Shown here piece by piece: positions 36,841-50,055 of a stretch of 64,000 bases of DNA (its first letter is position 1; the number at the start of each line of letters is the position of its first letter). Origin of the DNA: Diadema antillarum. Lineage: Eukaryota. The notes beneath the pieces are model-generated. The model ran no database searches and had not been told where the DNA came from. It was given only the letters and a program-made list of their open reading frames with translations. The position numbers and the translations under genes are program-made. The DNA is taken from the NCBI RefSeq assembly GCF_040938485.1, contig NW_027271668.1:62001-126000 (forward strand). Direction: 5' to 3'.

Positions 36841-38504
36841 CAGTGGCGTATCTAGGAAAAACGACGCCCGGGGCAAGCGCGGAAATCTACGCCCCTCAAT
36901 TTCTGAAAAAGTGTTCAACCCCAACCCCATCCTGGTAGGGACTTTATGCTTTTGGATGCTTTTTCAAGCACTTAAAAGGGGTCTTTTTGAGAGTGATTTA
37001 AATCGTGATAAGTTTTGGCGAGCGAGCGCAGCGAGCGAGCCGCAAATTTTTGTGTTTCAGCTTACAAAACATGGAATTCTTGTCTTTTTTTGCTTAATAA
37101 ATCTTACAATTCTAATCAAGATATAGTGACGACCTTATAGATAACGATTTATATCAACAAACTAAAATACTCCAACTTAGTACGTGCGAGTGAGCCGAAG
37201 TTTGCATATTTCCGCGTCATCATCACGTTTTGTTCTTATCTTTTTTTTTGTGACAAATTTTGGCGAGCAAGCGCAGCGAGCGAGCCGAAAATTTATTGTA
37301 TTTCAGCTTACAAAACATGGAATTCTTATTCTTGTCATTTTTTTGCTTATTAAATCTTACAATTCTAATCAAGATGTAGTGACGGCCTTATAGATAACGA
37401 TTTATACCAACAAACTAAAATACTCCAACTCAGTACGCGCGAGTGAGCCGAAATTTGCATATATCTGCGTCATCATCACGTTTTGTTCTTATCTTTTTTT
37501 TTGTGACAAATTTTGGCGAGCGAGCGCAGCGAGCGAGCCGAAAATTTTTGTATTTCAGCTTACAAAACATGGAATTCTTGTCATTTTTTTGCTTATTAAA
37601 TCTTACAATTGTAATCAAGATATAGTGACGGCCTAATAGATAACCTAACGATTTATATACCAACAAACTGAGGGGTTAAAGAAATACTCTAAATTACTAT
37701 GCGCGAGTGAACAAACTGAGGACTTGAAAAAATACTTCATCTTAGTACGCGCGAGTGAGCCGAAATTTGTTTATTTCCGCGTCATCATCACGTTTTGTTC
37801 TTATCTTCTTCTTTTTTTGATAAACTTTGGCGAGCGAGCGCAGCGAGCTAGCCGAAAATTTTGTATTTCAGCTTACAAGACATGGAATTCTTGTCATTTT
37901 TTTACTTACTAAATCTCACAATTCCAATCACGATAATAGTGACGGCCTTTACTTAGATAACGATTTATACCAACAAACAGAGGACTTAAAAAAATACTCT
38001 AAATTAGTACGAGCAAGTGAGCCGAAATTTGTATATTTCCGCGTCATCGTTACGTTTTGTTCTTATTTTGTTTTATTTTTTGCGCCCCCCCCCCCCCCCA
38101 TGTTCGAAACCGTTGCCGCCCTCCTTTGATCCAATCGGCGATCGCTTCAGAACGAAAGAAATTGCAGCCGCTGCTCCGTGTGACATTTTGCCTGCTAAAT
38201 ATAAAATGACATGTGTGAACACAATATACATTGTCATTTTGTCCGCATCATCTTCATGTGTTGTTTTTATCTTGTTTGACTTGGTTTTCTGCCCCCCCCC
38301 CCCCCCCCACGTCCGGGCGAGGGTTTTTTCTTCTTTTTCTTTTTCTTCTTCTTCTTCTTCTTCTTCTTCCTTTTCTTCCCCTTTTTTTCTTTTTTTTCCT
38401 TCTTCTTCGTTTTTTTTTTCGTTTTTTCGTTTTTGGCGCCCCCAAGGAGTGGCGCCCGGGGCACGTGCCCCCCTTGCCCCCCCCCCCCCCTAGATACGCC
38501 ACTG
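36841..38504. mobile_element. Non-autonomous hAT-like element, twin 2
   Basis: TIR CAGTGGCGTATCTAGG and 8-bp TSD ggagagat / ggagagag (7 of 8). Lies 84 bp from twin 1. Confidence 0.85.
36990..38080. repeat. About 240-bp tandem units inside twin 2 (about 4.5 copies)
   Basis: Same unit as 35340-36200. Confidence 0.85.
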
Positions 38505-39308
38505 GGAGAGAGTAATAGTAAGAAATACAAGAAAGCTATCAAAAAACCTCCAAGCCTTTTTTTTTCAGAGGACAATGGGCATTTTTTCTACTAGCGGCAA
38601 AAGTAAATGGATGGAAAGAAAAAGTACAGGAAAAGAAAACTGAAACAATCTGAACGCTGGATATAATAACATTGATATCTACACAAATTATTAGATAAGA
38701 TTAATATATACATTATCATTAGGCCTACTTTTATTATAATGTTGTTATAACTATTTCCATTGTTTCGATGTAGATATTGATTCATCCAGGTGGTATGATG
38801 ATATCGCGGAGAGAAGAGTGTCGTGACTCGTCCGAGTCACTTCTTCAACTCTGGCTGGCTGGCGAGCATGCACCCATGATGGGGGATGGGCGATGTTTTC
38901 ACCCGAGGGTGAATCATTTTGTTGTTGTTTTTTCGTTTTACTCACGGAACTTACTAATTGTACAAGCCCTGCTTTTTGTGCAAGTTCCTTCCATAATTCC
39001 CCACCACCATATTCCTTACTAGAGAGGGCCATTTAAACTCACAGTGAATTCATGATGATCAGCTACGTAAATCACGTGTATTTACATGACTGTGTTTGCA
39101 GGTGCTGCTCATGTACTATACTTTTGTATTATTATTTGCATATTTTGTATCAGTACTTCATGACATTTCACCTTCTTGTATAAATCAATTATTCTGCTGT
39201 GCAATTATTTTGTATTATTTAGTTATGGAAAATATAATGAAATTGAATAAAATGAATGGAAATATCCGTGATAGTCACAAGTAGATCTAGTCGACAACAG
39301 ATTTTATT

Positions 39309-39562
39309 GCGCATCAGTATTTACATTGCAATATAACACTGCATATTTGTCTGCATATCTCATTATCGCCTTTGAGGGTAAAATTTGGTTATCTTCATGT
39401 TACTTAAACTTAACATCAAAACTTGTAGAAATAGTCGAACAAATCTAAGTGCGCATCATTATTTCCATTGCTATACCAACATATAATTTTGTCTGCAAAT
39501 CTATTGCCTTTGAGGGTTGAATTTGGTTATCTTCATGTTATTAAAACTTAACATCAAAACTT
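39309..39562. repeat. Local tandem duplication (period about 142 bp, 2 copies)
   Basis: gcgcatca.tattt.cattgc...gcctttgagggt..aatttggttatcttcatgtta...aaacttaacatcaaaactt at 39309 and 39451. Confidence 0.8.
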
Positions 39563-39938
39563 TTCTTGATCATCTACCTTGTTGAAATTCAGATTGTGAT
39601 ATACCACACCTACAGACCGGAAATACTTTACAAAACTGCAAAACTATGAAACACTATAAGCATTTTTTTGTCAGCAAAAATACATATTAATCACACAAAT
39701 TTAAGTCGAACACATCGTTTATAAATGAGTACAAATACCGCCAATCAAGAGTACATGATGTAAATAAGGTATTTGCGATAAATGTGTTGCTATAGAGGAA
39801 GTTGAGGTACAAATTGGACCATAAATCCCAATTAAGTCACGCAGGCACATCATACAAACGTGTATAAGTTGGTGCTATATGTTGGTATGAAATGGTATGA
39901 AATAAACACAAGAACTCGTCGAATATACAAGGCAACAT

Positions 39939-40120
39939 CAGGGGGGCGTTTCATCAACGAGTTCGTCGGGGGTTTTCACCGACGAATTTGCTATCAGCCA
40001 ATCAGACGCAAGGATTTACACTGACAACTGTTAAAAGCTAATGAAATTCTTGGTCTGATTGGCTGATAGCAAATTCGTCGGTGAAAACTCCGACGAACTC
40101 GTTGATGAAACGCCCCCCTG
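39939..40120. mobile_element. 182-bp palindromic MITE (PIF/Harbinger-like ends)
   Basis: Near-perfect TIR of about 65 bp, caggggggcgtttcatcaacgagttcgtcg...gaatttgctatcagccaatcagac. Confidence 0.8.
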
Positions 40121-40289
40121 AGCGTTTTTCATATCGACCTTAATTACATGTACACCAGTGACGGCTCCAAACATATTATTTTCATTGTTACTCTTTCACA
40201 TGACGAATATGTAACTTGTTTATCTTGATGGGATTGTAGTCGGAAATGGCTACTGTTTACAATAATTTATTTTTAGATAAACACTGACA

Positions 40290-40625
40290 CTAAGTCTCCC
40301 CGGTTCTCCCTGGATCTCCCCAGATCACCATGTAGATCCTTAAGGATCCGTGTTTCGACTGGGGCCTTATTGCTGCCAGTCAAGTTGGGGCCCAGTCACA
40401 TATAAACACAATTTCTCAAGGAGATATATGGTGATCCGGGGAGATCCGCGAAGATCCGGGATAGTTTCGACCTCGATGAAGTGTCGACGAGCATTGACAT
40501 GACTGTACACACGGTATCAACACGGCAGCTACACGGATAAGGCCGGAAGAGCGCGGAGTTTACACGGACAAACACAGCATCTACCCGGATCAACACGGCA
40601 GCTACACGGTAGCCACACGGACCAT
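40290..40625. repeat. GC-rich repeat with acacgg / gatcc subrepeats downstream of copy D
   Basis: Multiple acacgg units and a duplicated atcaacacggcagctacacgg. Probably a transposon end; absent from the homologous flank of E. Confidence 0.4.
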
Positions 40626-40866
40626 TATTCTGACATTGTCATGTCAAGTATTCCAAGGCGGACAAGGCATGTTAAATGAAAACAATAATCCATTACTTTC
40701 AAATGTGATATTCCTACGCATCAGAAGAAGGGGAGAGTTTTAAGACTAACACAATCACATTTTTCTAGAACGGACTGGTGATTTAAATTTTAATCGGAAT
40801 TACTGATTTAACCGTAAATCGTTTGCCTATATTGAAATTAAAATCATCTTCACGTTAAGTTTTGCT

Positions 40867-40872
40867 TTTATT
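40867..40872 (-). terminator. Candidate polyadenylation signal of copy D
   Basis: AATAAA on the minus strand about 45 nt after the stop codon. Confidence 0.4.
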
Positions 40873-40913
40873 CCTAAATTCTCTGCTCTGACGCAATGTG
40901 ATACGAGCACGGT

Positions 40914-43900
40914 CTAGCGGTGACTAAACTTGAGAAGGATTTCGTTGTCTGGCTTGGTTACAATCTGAAAGACGGGGCGGGCTCCCTTCACTACGCTGAC
41001 GCTAAACCTGCGAAAAATCCGTGCCGCCGCGCTCCGCATTTCGTCCATGGCGAATTGCTGCCCGATGCAGTTGCGAGCTCCGGCCGAGAAGGGGAGGAAG
41101 GCGAAAGGGTCTCGCTTGTCGACGTTTGCCCTCTCGAAGCGTTCAGGTTTGAAATCCCTGTGGTCGTCCCCCCAGACATCCGGGTTGTGATGGAGCTGGT
41201 AGTTGTTCACCTGCACGTCGGTTCCCGCGGGAATAGTGAGTCCATTTATTTTTAGCGGTTCCTTCAGCACACGACCTGGTGGGACGTTTAAGAATAGGCG
41301 CATCGATTCCCTGAGACATTGCGTGGTGTAGGTCAGTTTTTTTAGATCTTCGCTGAAAATAAAAACAAAACACGATCCCCATCAATGACGGTATCTTACC
41401 AGTTATCTAATCATATTTATACAATGTCATGGCGATCTGCAAAGATCATTCATAATTATTACTTGAATTCCGAAAGCGTCAATTCATTGCTATTATTGTA
41501 TTTTGGGGAGCAGTTGGCCAGGTCGTGTGGGACAAAACCCCGTCCGTTTCACGTATAACATTATTTCATAATTAATCATGTATGTGTTGATGATATGGAA
41601 TCTTTGTGATGATGAACCTCATCATTATGTTTAATAGCATCTACATGCAATTTCAGTTCAAATTTACTCACTGATATCAACATGTATACATTATCATGCG
41701 CATACACATGCACACACACACACACACACACATTACAATTATATACATGTGTGTGTGCCTATGTGTGTGTGTGTGTGTGAGAGAGAGAGAGTATGCGTGC
41801 TTATTCACATTTTTATAGTTGGTAATTCTGCTGTACTATTTTTATTTCATTGAATTTTGTTTAAAATGAAATTCGTGTCAGCTATTGCCATGTTATAATC
41901 CTTTATTTTCAAGTGTGGAAATGCTATATACTAAAGGGACTATCTTTGTCACAATGTACAGCAATACCAAACTAAAGTGTTGTTTTTTATTGATTTGTTG
42001 TGGTTTTTTTTTCAACAAATCTTGATGGACGGGTTTTTTGCCAACTCTGTCACAATCGCGCAACACAATCTGTATGTGAATCCGTCGAACTTACTATCGA
42101 ACGCTGTCGTCATCTCGTCCTGCGAACAGTGTGTCGACCTCCTCCTGAACTCGGGCCTGTTCTTCGGAATGCTGGGCCATGATGTACAGAAACCACGTGA
42201 GGGAGCTTCCAGTGGTGTCCGTGCCGGCGAAAATGAACGTATTTACCTGTAATGTCATCAAAACGAAAGGCAAACCCATGGCTACTTATTTCAAGACGAA
42301 CCTTTTTCAATATTTTAGAATATAGGCCCTACATTGTATAATCAAGAACCAACTCATAATCGTGATTAATATCTATCGTCTATCATCATTATTCCCGACT
42401 TTCCCAGTTTCCCACACTCTTTGTAGTTGTAAGCTTTCACCCCCTCCCCCCTTATTTTCCCCCTTTCTCTCAGAGGTATTATACAAGCATAGTCTTTTGA
42501 GTGGGTACCTCCACTGTTTTTCGCAGAGAGTAAAAAATATAGAGTGTATGTTCTTTTTTTTTAATGTACTGATCATGTAGACATGAACATGTTGTTATCC
42601 CTGTCTGACTATGTATATTCTAAACGACTCGCATGTCAAATCTATCATATTGTTTCTTGTACATTCTGTTGAAAAAAAAGTGAAAAATAAAATAAAGTTT
42701 GAATTTGGATTGATTCGTAGCGCTGGAATGGTAACTAGTATAAAGAATCATATTTCTTCATCTGTATATTATTGCCGTAAATATTTTCCACCAAAAAAGC
42801 ATTTATCCTATTCCTAAGAAAAACTGATCCGATATCAGACCCTCCTTCAGGCTTTTTGGGTTTGCAAGCTTGACTTTCACCTTTGAATAAAGATTTAATC
42901 TAAACATCTGGTGATTTGAAGCCAACGAAGAAACAAATAACATAAAAAGGAGCTGAAAAGTACCTCATCACGTATTTCCTTCTCACTCAGTCCATTGCCA
43001 TTCGAATCTCTTGCTAGCAGCAATGTATCCAGAAAATCCATCGCTCTCTTCTCAGGCTTCAGAAAAAGACAGAAATAAAAAAAAACAATGTAATAACTAA
43101 CTTGTATGGCTAACATTGTATTCGCTTCTACGGCAAACTGAAATGGTTATACATTTTATACATTCAAGAAGAGAAGCCATCGGTAGAGCCTATGCGTTTT
43201 TATGTTTGGATCCATGGGATCAGCACCAAACGCGCCAAAGTGCGCCTGTAAGACGACTGTAAGGATTTTCTTCTATGTATTTTTGGTAAAATTCTTAAAA
43301 TTATAAAAAAGAAAGGTTCATGACTTATACAGCCCACATATCCTAAAGCTCACGAGCTCCACGCTTACGGCAACAACAACAACAACCACAACAACAACAT
43401 CATCAACAACAACATCGTCATTAAAATGACCCACGAACTCGTCAATTATAGGCAAAGAAGCACGAGCTCGAGACTTGGCAAGAAAAGCCCACGACACCGA
43501 CACTGCGTATATTAAGATCTATTTATATACCTCATATAGATTCCTCTCATCAGATTGGTTAAAAGTGGAGTCATGAAAATAGCTGTGCCCCATTCTTGAT
43601 CAAAAACGTCATGACGTCAGATGCATGGCGCGTGTTTATGGGAAAAACGTTGGGTTAGGGTTTTTGGTTATGGTTAGGGTTAGGGTTAGGGTTAGGGTGG
43701 CCGCGCCCGGGGCATTGAATCAACTGTGCCCTGTAAATAGGTTTGGAGACACATAGATCGCTCATTCATTATGTACGCACCAATGATACGACCGCCGCGC
43801 CGCGCTGTCGATCAGCGTTGATTACGAGTGCTGCTTTTAGTCATTGTTTAATTCAGGTAACCTTTTAACCAATCAGATAAGAAGAATCTATATTTTCGTT

Positions 43901-46900
43901 ATATAAAACAAATAATGACAGCTTGATATTCGGGGCACAGTTAAAATTATGTAGGCCCTCGGTGATGTGAAAACCATAACTATGCCCTCAGCTTCGCTTC
44001 GGGCATAGTTATGGTTTTGACATCACCTTGGGCCCATAATTTTAACTGTGCCCCTCATAGTAGTCATTATTTGTATAATAATGTCCGTCTTGCGGGCATT
44101 TTTCGCCTAGTGTCGTGCTCGTGGGTCTGCCTGTACTAGTGTCGAGCTGGGCCTGATTTGCGTAGAGTCTAGCTCGTGGCCCTGTAAAGCTCGTGGGCCT
44201 ATTTCATTCGATGTCAAGCTTACTGGCGTCGTTCACTTTAGTTCTAGGACTGTATGATGTGTGGCCTGTATGACTCATAGGCGGTTTAACTCGTGGGATA
44301 TGCGCCCGAGGAGGGAGGGGCGGGTGTTAATATTGACCCTGATATAGTCCCCCACCTGCATTGGCTGTGCAAAAGTTTACCAACAAGACTAGTGATGAGT
44401 GGCATTGATCGAATTAATACATCATAATCTCTCAGGTTACCTCTTTCTCCAAGGCATATCTTTGTCGCCGCTCTGCGACAATCTTATCGTGTATGCCATG
44501 CATGTAAGAACAACCCTCTTTCCACTCTCTGTTCTTGGAGGACAGCCAGAAGAAAAAGCCGTAGAACATCAAAGGATGGTACACTCTGCGAGAAAACATT
44601 TTTATGGTGATGATATATAGGAAAAATGGGGGAATCCTGAGCATTAATTGCACGATTGATCCTTTTTTTTTTTGGTCTTTTTTAAAGTGAAGTTTCCTTG
44701 CATCTCTCCGCGGATTACTGGGCTATCATGATAATTATGATCTACAGCTTGTGGCAGTAGGAGAAGCAATGTAGGCCTACACGAGTCCATCGCATCGGTA
44801 CGGTTCGGTTGATCTGCATTACTAGTAGCATGAGTAATACAAAAATGTTTTTATGTTTATGTAACTTTAAAAATCAAGGTGGCTTGACATACGACTACAA
44901 AAATGTCAGAAATGTTATGTTATTAGCAGAAATAGATATCACTGATGTGCGCCATATTTTGCAGTTTGTAGGAAGTACTAACTTAAAGCATATGCGTGCT
45001 TTCGTTCAGTATGTCCAGAGGACAAGAAGATTCACTCTAACACAAAATTTTGTTAGATATTAAGTACTAGTATATGTTTGATTTAATCATTCTGCACATT
45101 GCACACAACCCAGATGTTTGCTTTATATCTTAGCGTTGTTTTGTTTTTTGATTAATGTAAATTTGTGATAGAATTCGAGTTGAATACTCCCGACTAGGAA
45201 TAATCACGAGCATCGGTCGAGCCCCTCTCGTGTATTGGAGTGGCCTAGGCAGGCGGACAGCCAATCACGGCCCCTCCTTGCTGAGAAGTCTGCTCAAGGT
45301 ACCGAGCCGGGCTGGCCAGAAAATACGATCGTCGATTGGGCAGCTCGAACCGAGGCCAGTGAGGGAGATTTCATTTTGATACAACGTATTATCTTGAATT
45401 ATTTATCAATAAAATGAAAATAATATAGGGTAAAATTTGAAAAATTTAAAGTGATTTTATGAATATTGATTTGGTGTAAATATTCCTTGAGGAATGATAA
45501 ACGCCAAATAAATTCAAATAACAACAACAACAACATGCCCTTGTGAACGTCTTAACATGAATTTTCCAAGATTCCGATATCAATTTGACAGAAAATAAAT
45601 GATTACTGCTTGGAGCAGGAGAACATTTATGTAAGGAGCAATTCGTCCGGATGTATTCATGCTTTGTGCAATATTGAAAGGAAGTCATACTGTAAAACTT
45701 GAACACAGTCTACAAAAGAATCTTCAGCGAATGAAGGACCCAGACTTCATCAGAAGAAAAAGGGGTAGTAGTAGTAGTAGTAGTACAGGTGGTGGTGATG
45801 GTAGTAGTTGGTAGAAGTGCAGAAGAAGAAGAAAAAGAGGAATAAGAAGAAAGAAAAATCACCTGTAGGCGCAGATATTCGTCAGCTTCTCCAAGACCTC
45901 CACTTCACGTGACTCCTTTTCCTGGCAATTTGATTGGTGGGAAAATGCGCAGCGGAGTATGACGTCAAGTGAAAGTAGTGACATGGTTTCATGTGTTTTG
46001 ACCGGTTCCCCTCGGTCAGCAGCAACGTGAAGCTTGTCAATCAGGACATCCAAAGCCTCAATTAAAGAAACAATTCAGGCAAAGATAGTTGTGAACGAGG
46101 ACCCTCTTAGATTTTCTTTAAGAAATTGACAAACAAAAAAATAACTTACAAAAATGCGTAAAGACAAACAAGTAAACCAATAAAAAAAAATACCAGAGAG
46201 ATACATTGTCAGAATTCTAAGGAGCATGCTAACGTAAAAGTGTGTTAATTCTAAAGTGTTTGAAAGAATGAAAAAGGTAAAGTTCCACAGAGGAACCAGA
46301 TGTAGAGCAATTTGCTTAGTCTTACTGGTATACACCTCACAAGGGGTTGATGAATGCTTGTTTCTGATGGTTTAAAGATAATAAAAAGTTTTGGTACCTC
46401 AAAAGTTCCCCTGAATTTCCGTGTTTCATGTTAAAGTACCTCTCATATTATAACTAACACTGTGAGACTTACTCGCCCCAAAGTGCTCTTATTTCTTAGT
46501 AATCATGCAACTAACTGCGACCAGCAGCCCCATACGCATAGCGTAATGGGGCTTCACATTGTAGCATTCAGGATTATGACAGATTTAGTATGGCGGGTAA
46601 ATATCAACTTAAAATCCTAAAAATTCTTCAATTTGAAGACTTACCAATTAAGTTGAAATATTGAAAACAGGCTTCGGGCAACGTTTGGTTCTGCCAATAG
46701 TCCCTTTCTGTTCGAATTGATGACTGAATGTGACTCGGTCGAGAGGACCTTGGGAGAGCTACATACACTGATTACTACGGCCAGCGCATGCGCACACATC
46801 ACATGCGAACAAATTTCAAATCCATGAACGAATAAGATATTTGTGTGCGCATGCCCTGGCCGTCAATTTAGTGTAGCTCTCCCAAGGTCCTCTCGATCGA

Positions 46901-49900
46901 GTCACATTCAGTCATCAATTCGAACAGAAAGGGACTAGCGACTATTGGCAAAACCAAACGTTGCCCAAAGCCTGTTATCAATACTTCAACTTAACTGGTA
47001 AGTCTTCAAATTGAAGAAATTTTTGGATTTTAAGTTGATATTTACCCGCAATACTAAATCTGTCATGATTCTAAATGCTACAATGCGAAGCCCCATTTAG
47101 CTATGCGTATAGGGCTGCTGGTGTTAGCTATGCGTATGGGGCCGCTGCACGCTGCTGGTCGCAGTTATCATGCAATAATGGTTTCGTACAATACGTGTAC
47201 TACCTCGCTGCCGTACGGCGGCGGCTCTGGTACGAAACCATTATTGCATGATTACTAAGACATGAGAGCACTTTGGGGCGAGTAAGTCCCACAGTGTTAG
47301 TTATATGAAAGGTACTTTAACCTGAAACACAAACTAAGACAAGGAAATTCAGGGAAACTTTTGAGGTACCAAAACTTTGTATTATCTTTAAGTTGCCGGC
47401 CTAAATTTAACAATGGGGAGTTTTCGCTACAACACGGGAAGACCGAGAATACGCGGAAGCAATCACCTGTGACAGTCCCCGCACTATAAAGGACTCCAGT
47501 CCCCATATCTAAGCAGTTTCACTTTCCTGTGAGGACGGAGCTGTGGGGACAAGAATCTGATCACTGATTGGCTGACTGGCTGGCTGGCTCACTCCAGCCC
47601 AGCATCGGGACCGAACACTATATTTTCGAATACCGTACTCGTTTTCCACGGGACGGGGCGTTTCTCGGATTTGATCATGCGCAGAGGCAAATTCTGCACA
47701 CGGCACTCTCAAATACCGGCTAGGTCGTGCTTGCAAAAACTCCCTATATTGGCCCCCGCGCGCGCAGCACAGCTTCATAACATGCAAGCATCCAAGCGGT
47801 CCGCTTCATAGCATCCTAAAGTACCCGGATGCGGACCCGGACGTAACACTTGTGTACTCTTAACGCGCTGCGCTTGGCCGTATCTAGCGCGCGCGTCCAC
47901 CTAATCAGCGCAGCGGAAGGTACGTGCACAATCGCTGTACCCTACCCTACTAGGTGTCAGTACTAGCACATAATTAAGATCGTCGCCGTAACAACGCTTA
48001 TAGCGTGCACATGTGTGATATCATGGAATCTATAGTGGCAATGCAAACGAAAAAAACAAACAAACATAGGCGTACGTGACCTTTTAAAAATATAACTTCG
48101 GTGAATCTAATCTGCAAACGTCAGTACATGTACTGTGGAAGGGGGCGGGTGCACAGAGATGTTGAACTTAACAACTCAATATTTTCTTGGCTCAAAGTCA
48201 CATAATATATGTTCGCCATTCCATGTTTACGGAAGAGGAAATTTGATTTTGAACTTAGAACATTATGCAACTCCTACGCATGTATGTTTTCACGTAAAAT
48301 AAGGAATAACTAACAACTGTAACAAGATAACTTTCAAGTCATTATTCAATTCAATTCAATTCAATTCAATCATCATCTTCAATGAAGCATTTGGAACAGA
48401 GTATATCTATGCTCTGGAATATTACCTAGAGCCTCTAGAATTTCAAGAGAAGAAATGGCAGTCTTTACAATGCTAAGTATTTTTTTTTTTGCGAATTGTA
48501 CTTCAATTAATAGTCTTTTTCGGCATGAAGTGACATGTTAATTATGGCAATAATAAGAAAAATTGTTGAGCAAACTGCTGAAAGGACAAGTTCACCTTCA
48601 TAGACATGTGGATTGAGTGAATGCGGCATTAGTAGAACACATCAGCGAAGGCTGGGGGCGAATCGGAAAATCCCTTCACTTACGAATTTTTGAAGTGTCT
48701 GCGCAGTCACTGCTGGGTGAAAAGACTACTACAGCTTGTGATGTCACATGATATATACAAAGATATAACGACAGTAAAAAGAAAATTTCACATGTTTTCA
48801 CTTTTCTCGCATAATAATAGAGCACTTGACTTGCCTATTTTAGAAGGCAGGGGGGAATTATACTCCCCTAATTGTATCGTTAGAGAGTCGAGGGAATGTG
48901 TACTTTTTACCGAAAATTAAATTCTCTAAATATTTTTCTCTTGACGTTGTACACAATGACATCATAAACTGTAGTAGTCTTCTCATCGAGCAGTGATTGT
49001 GCAGAAGTTTCAAAAAATCATAACTTTTGACAGGATTGTCTGATTTCATTTTCTAAAACTTTCACTGATATGTTCTACTGATACTGCTGCATTCTCTCAA
49101 TCCTTATGTGTATGAAGGTGCACAGTTCCTTTAAATACCCACCTCATTCATAACCACCAGGTATTGTTTCAAGACCTGAAAGTGAAATGATGGCGTGATG
49201 AGCGTCCGATGACGCTTCCAAATAGCGCCCTCTATTATAGCCAGTCCCTCGGTCCAGTCCTTGAAAACCTGATATAATTGAGACTAATTCAGAGAAAGAA
49301 AAAAAAAACAAAGAGAGAAATATCAATGAAAGTATAATACTATAAACATTATAACAAAAACAACGGTGTTAATGAAAAAAATTATCACAGTAACGATAAA
49401 AACTCTACTAGTATCTGTTAGAATCATTCACATAACGGCTTCCTTATTAGAGCCTGTAAATCTCAAGAATAAGTTGATGAACTATGAAACGTAGAAAAAC
49501 GACTAAAAAATGCAAACAGGGGTTTGTCAGAATAAATTCATAGTCTGGTCTAGTACGTGTGTGTGTGTGCATATACATATAAACAGGGAGAGAAGAGAGG
49601 GTGTGTGTTCGGGGGACTTACCAAAATCTTGTGATGGCATCATATCAAATCGTTTAGCATACCAACCGACTGTTACAATTTCGGTTGTCATTTAAAAAAA
49701 AAAAAAAAAAAAAAACCCTCACAACGTGCAGAAAAGTTAAAAAGCCCCTATACGTCTCCTTGGGAGCACAATGTAATGGGATTCTGTTACGTTAACGTTA
49801 TGGAGTCCATGAAAGCTAATCTGTAGTAATTGGGGCTTCAAACGAAGTTGTGAGATCAACTAAAAGATAAATTGTAACTACATTCACTTCATCATTCGTT

Positions 49901-50019
49901 AAAGTTAATGACCTAATTGCCTCAAACAGACAAAAAAAAACAACTTACATTTTCTTAAGCGTAAGTTTGAAGACATGACGGTAAAGTCAACATCTAATGA
50001 ATTGTTATACATTTGATTC

Positions 50020-50055
<36 letters not shown>

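Noticed and set aside
36194-38575. Lys/Glu/Arg/Gly/Pro-rich ORFs
   Set aside because: Translations of poly-C, (CTT)n and tandem units in the transposon ends.
38751-39032. 93-aa minus-strand ORF (MALSSKEYGGGELW...)
   Set aside because: No recognisable motif, splice context or paralog. Left uncalled; a BLASTX would settle whether it is a retroelement fragment.
43674-43697. True telomere or chromosome-fusion scar
   Set aside because: Only four units, no head-to-head inversion, and embedded in an apparent transposon.
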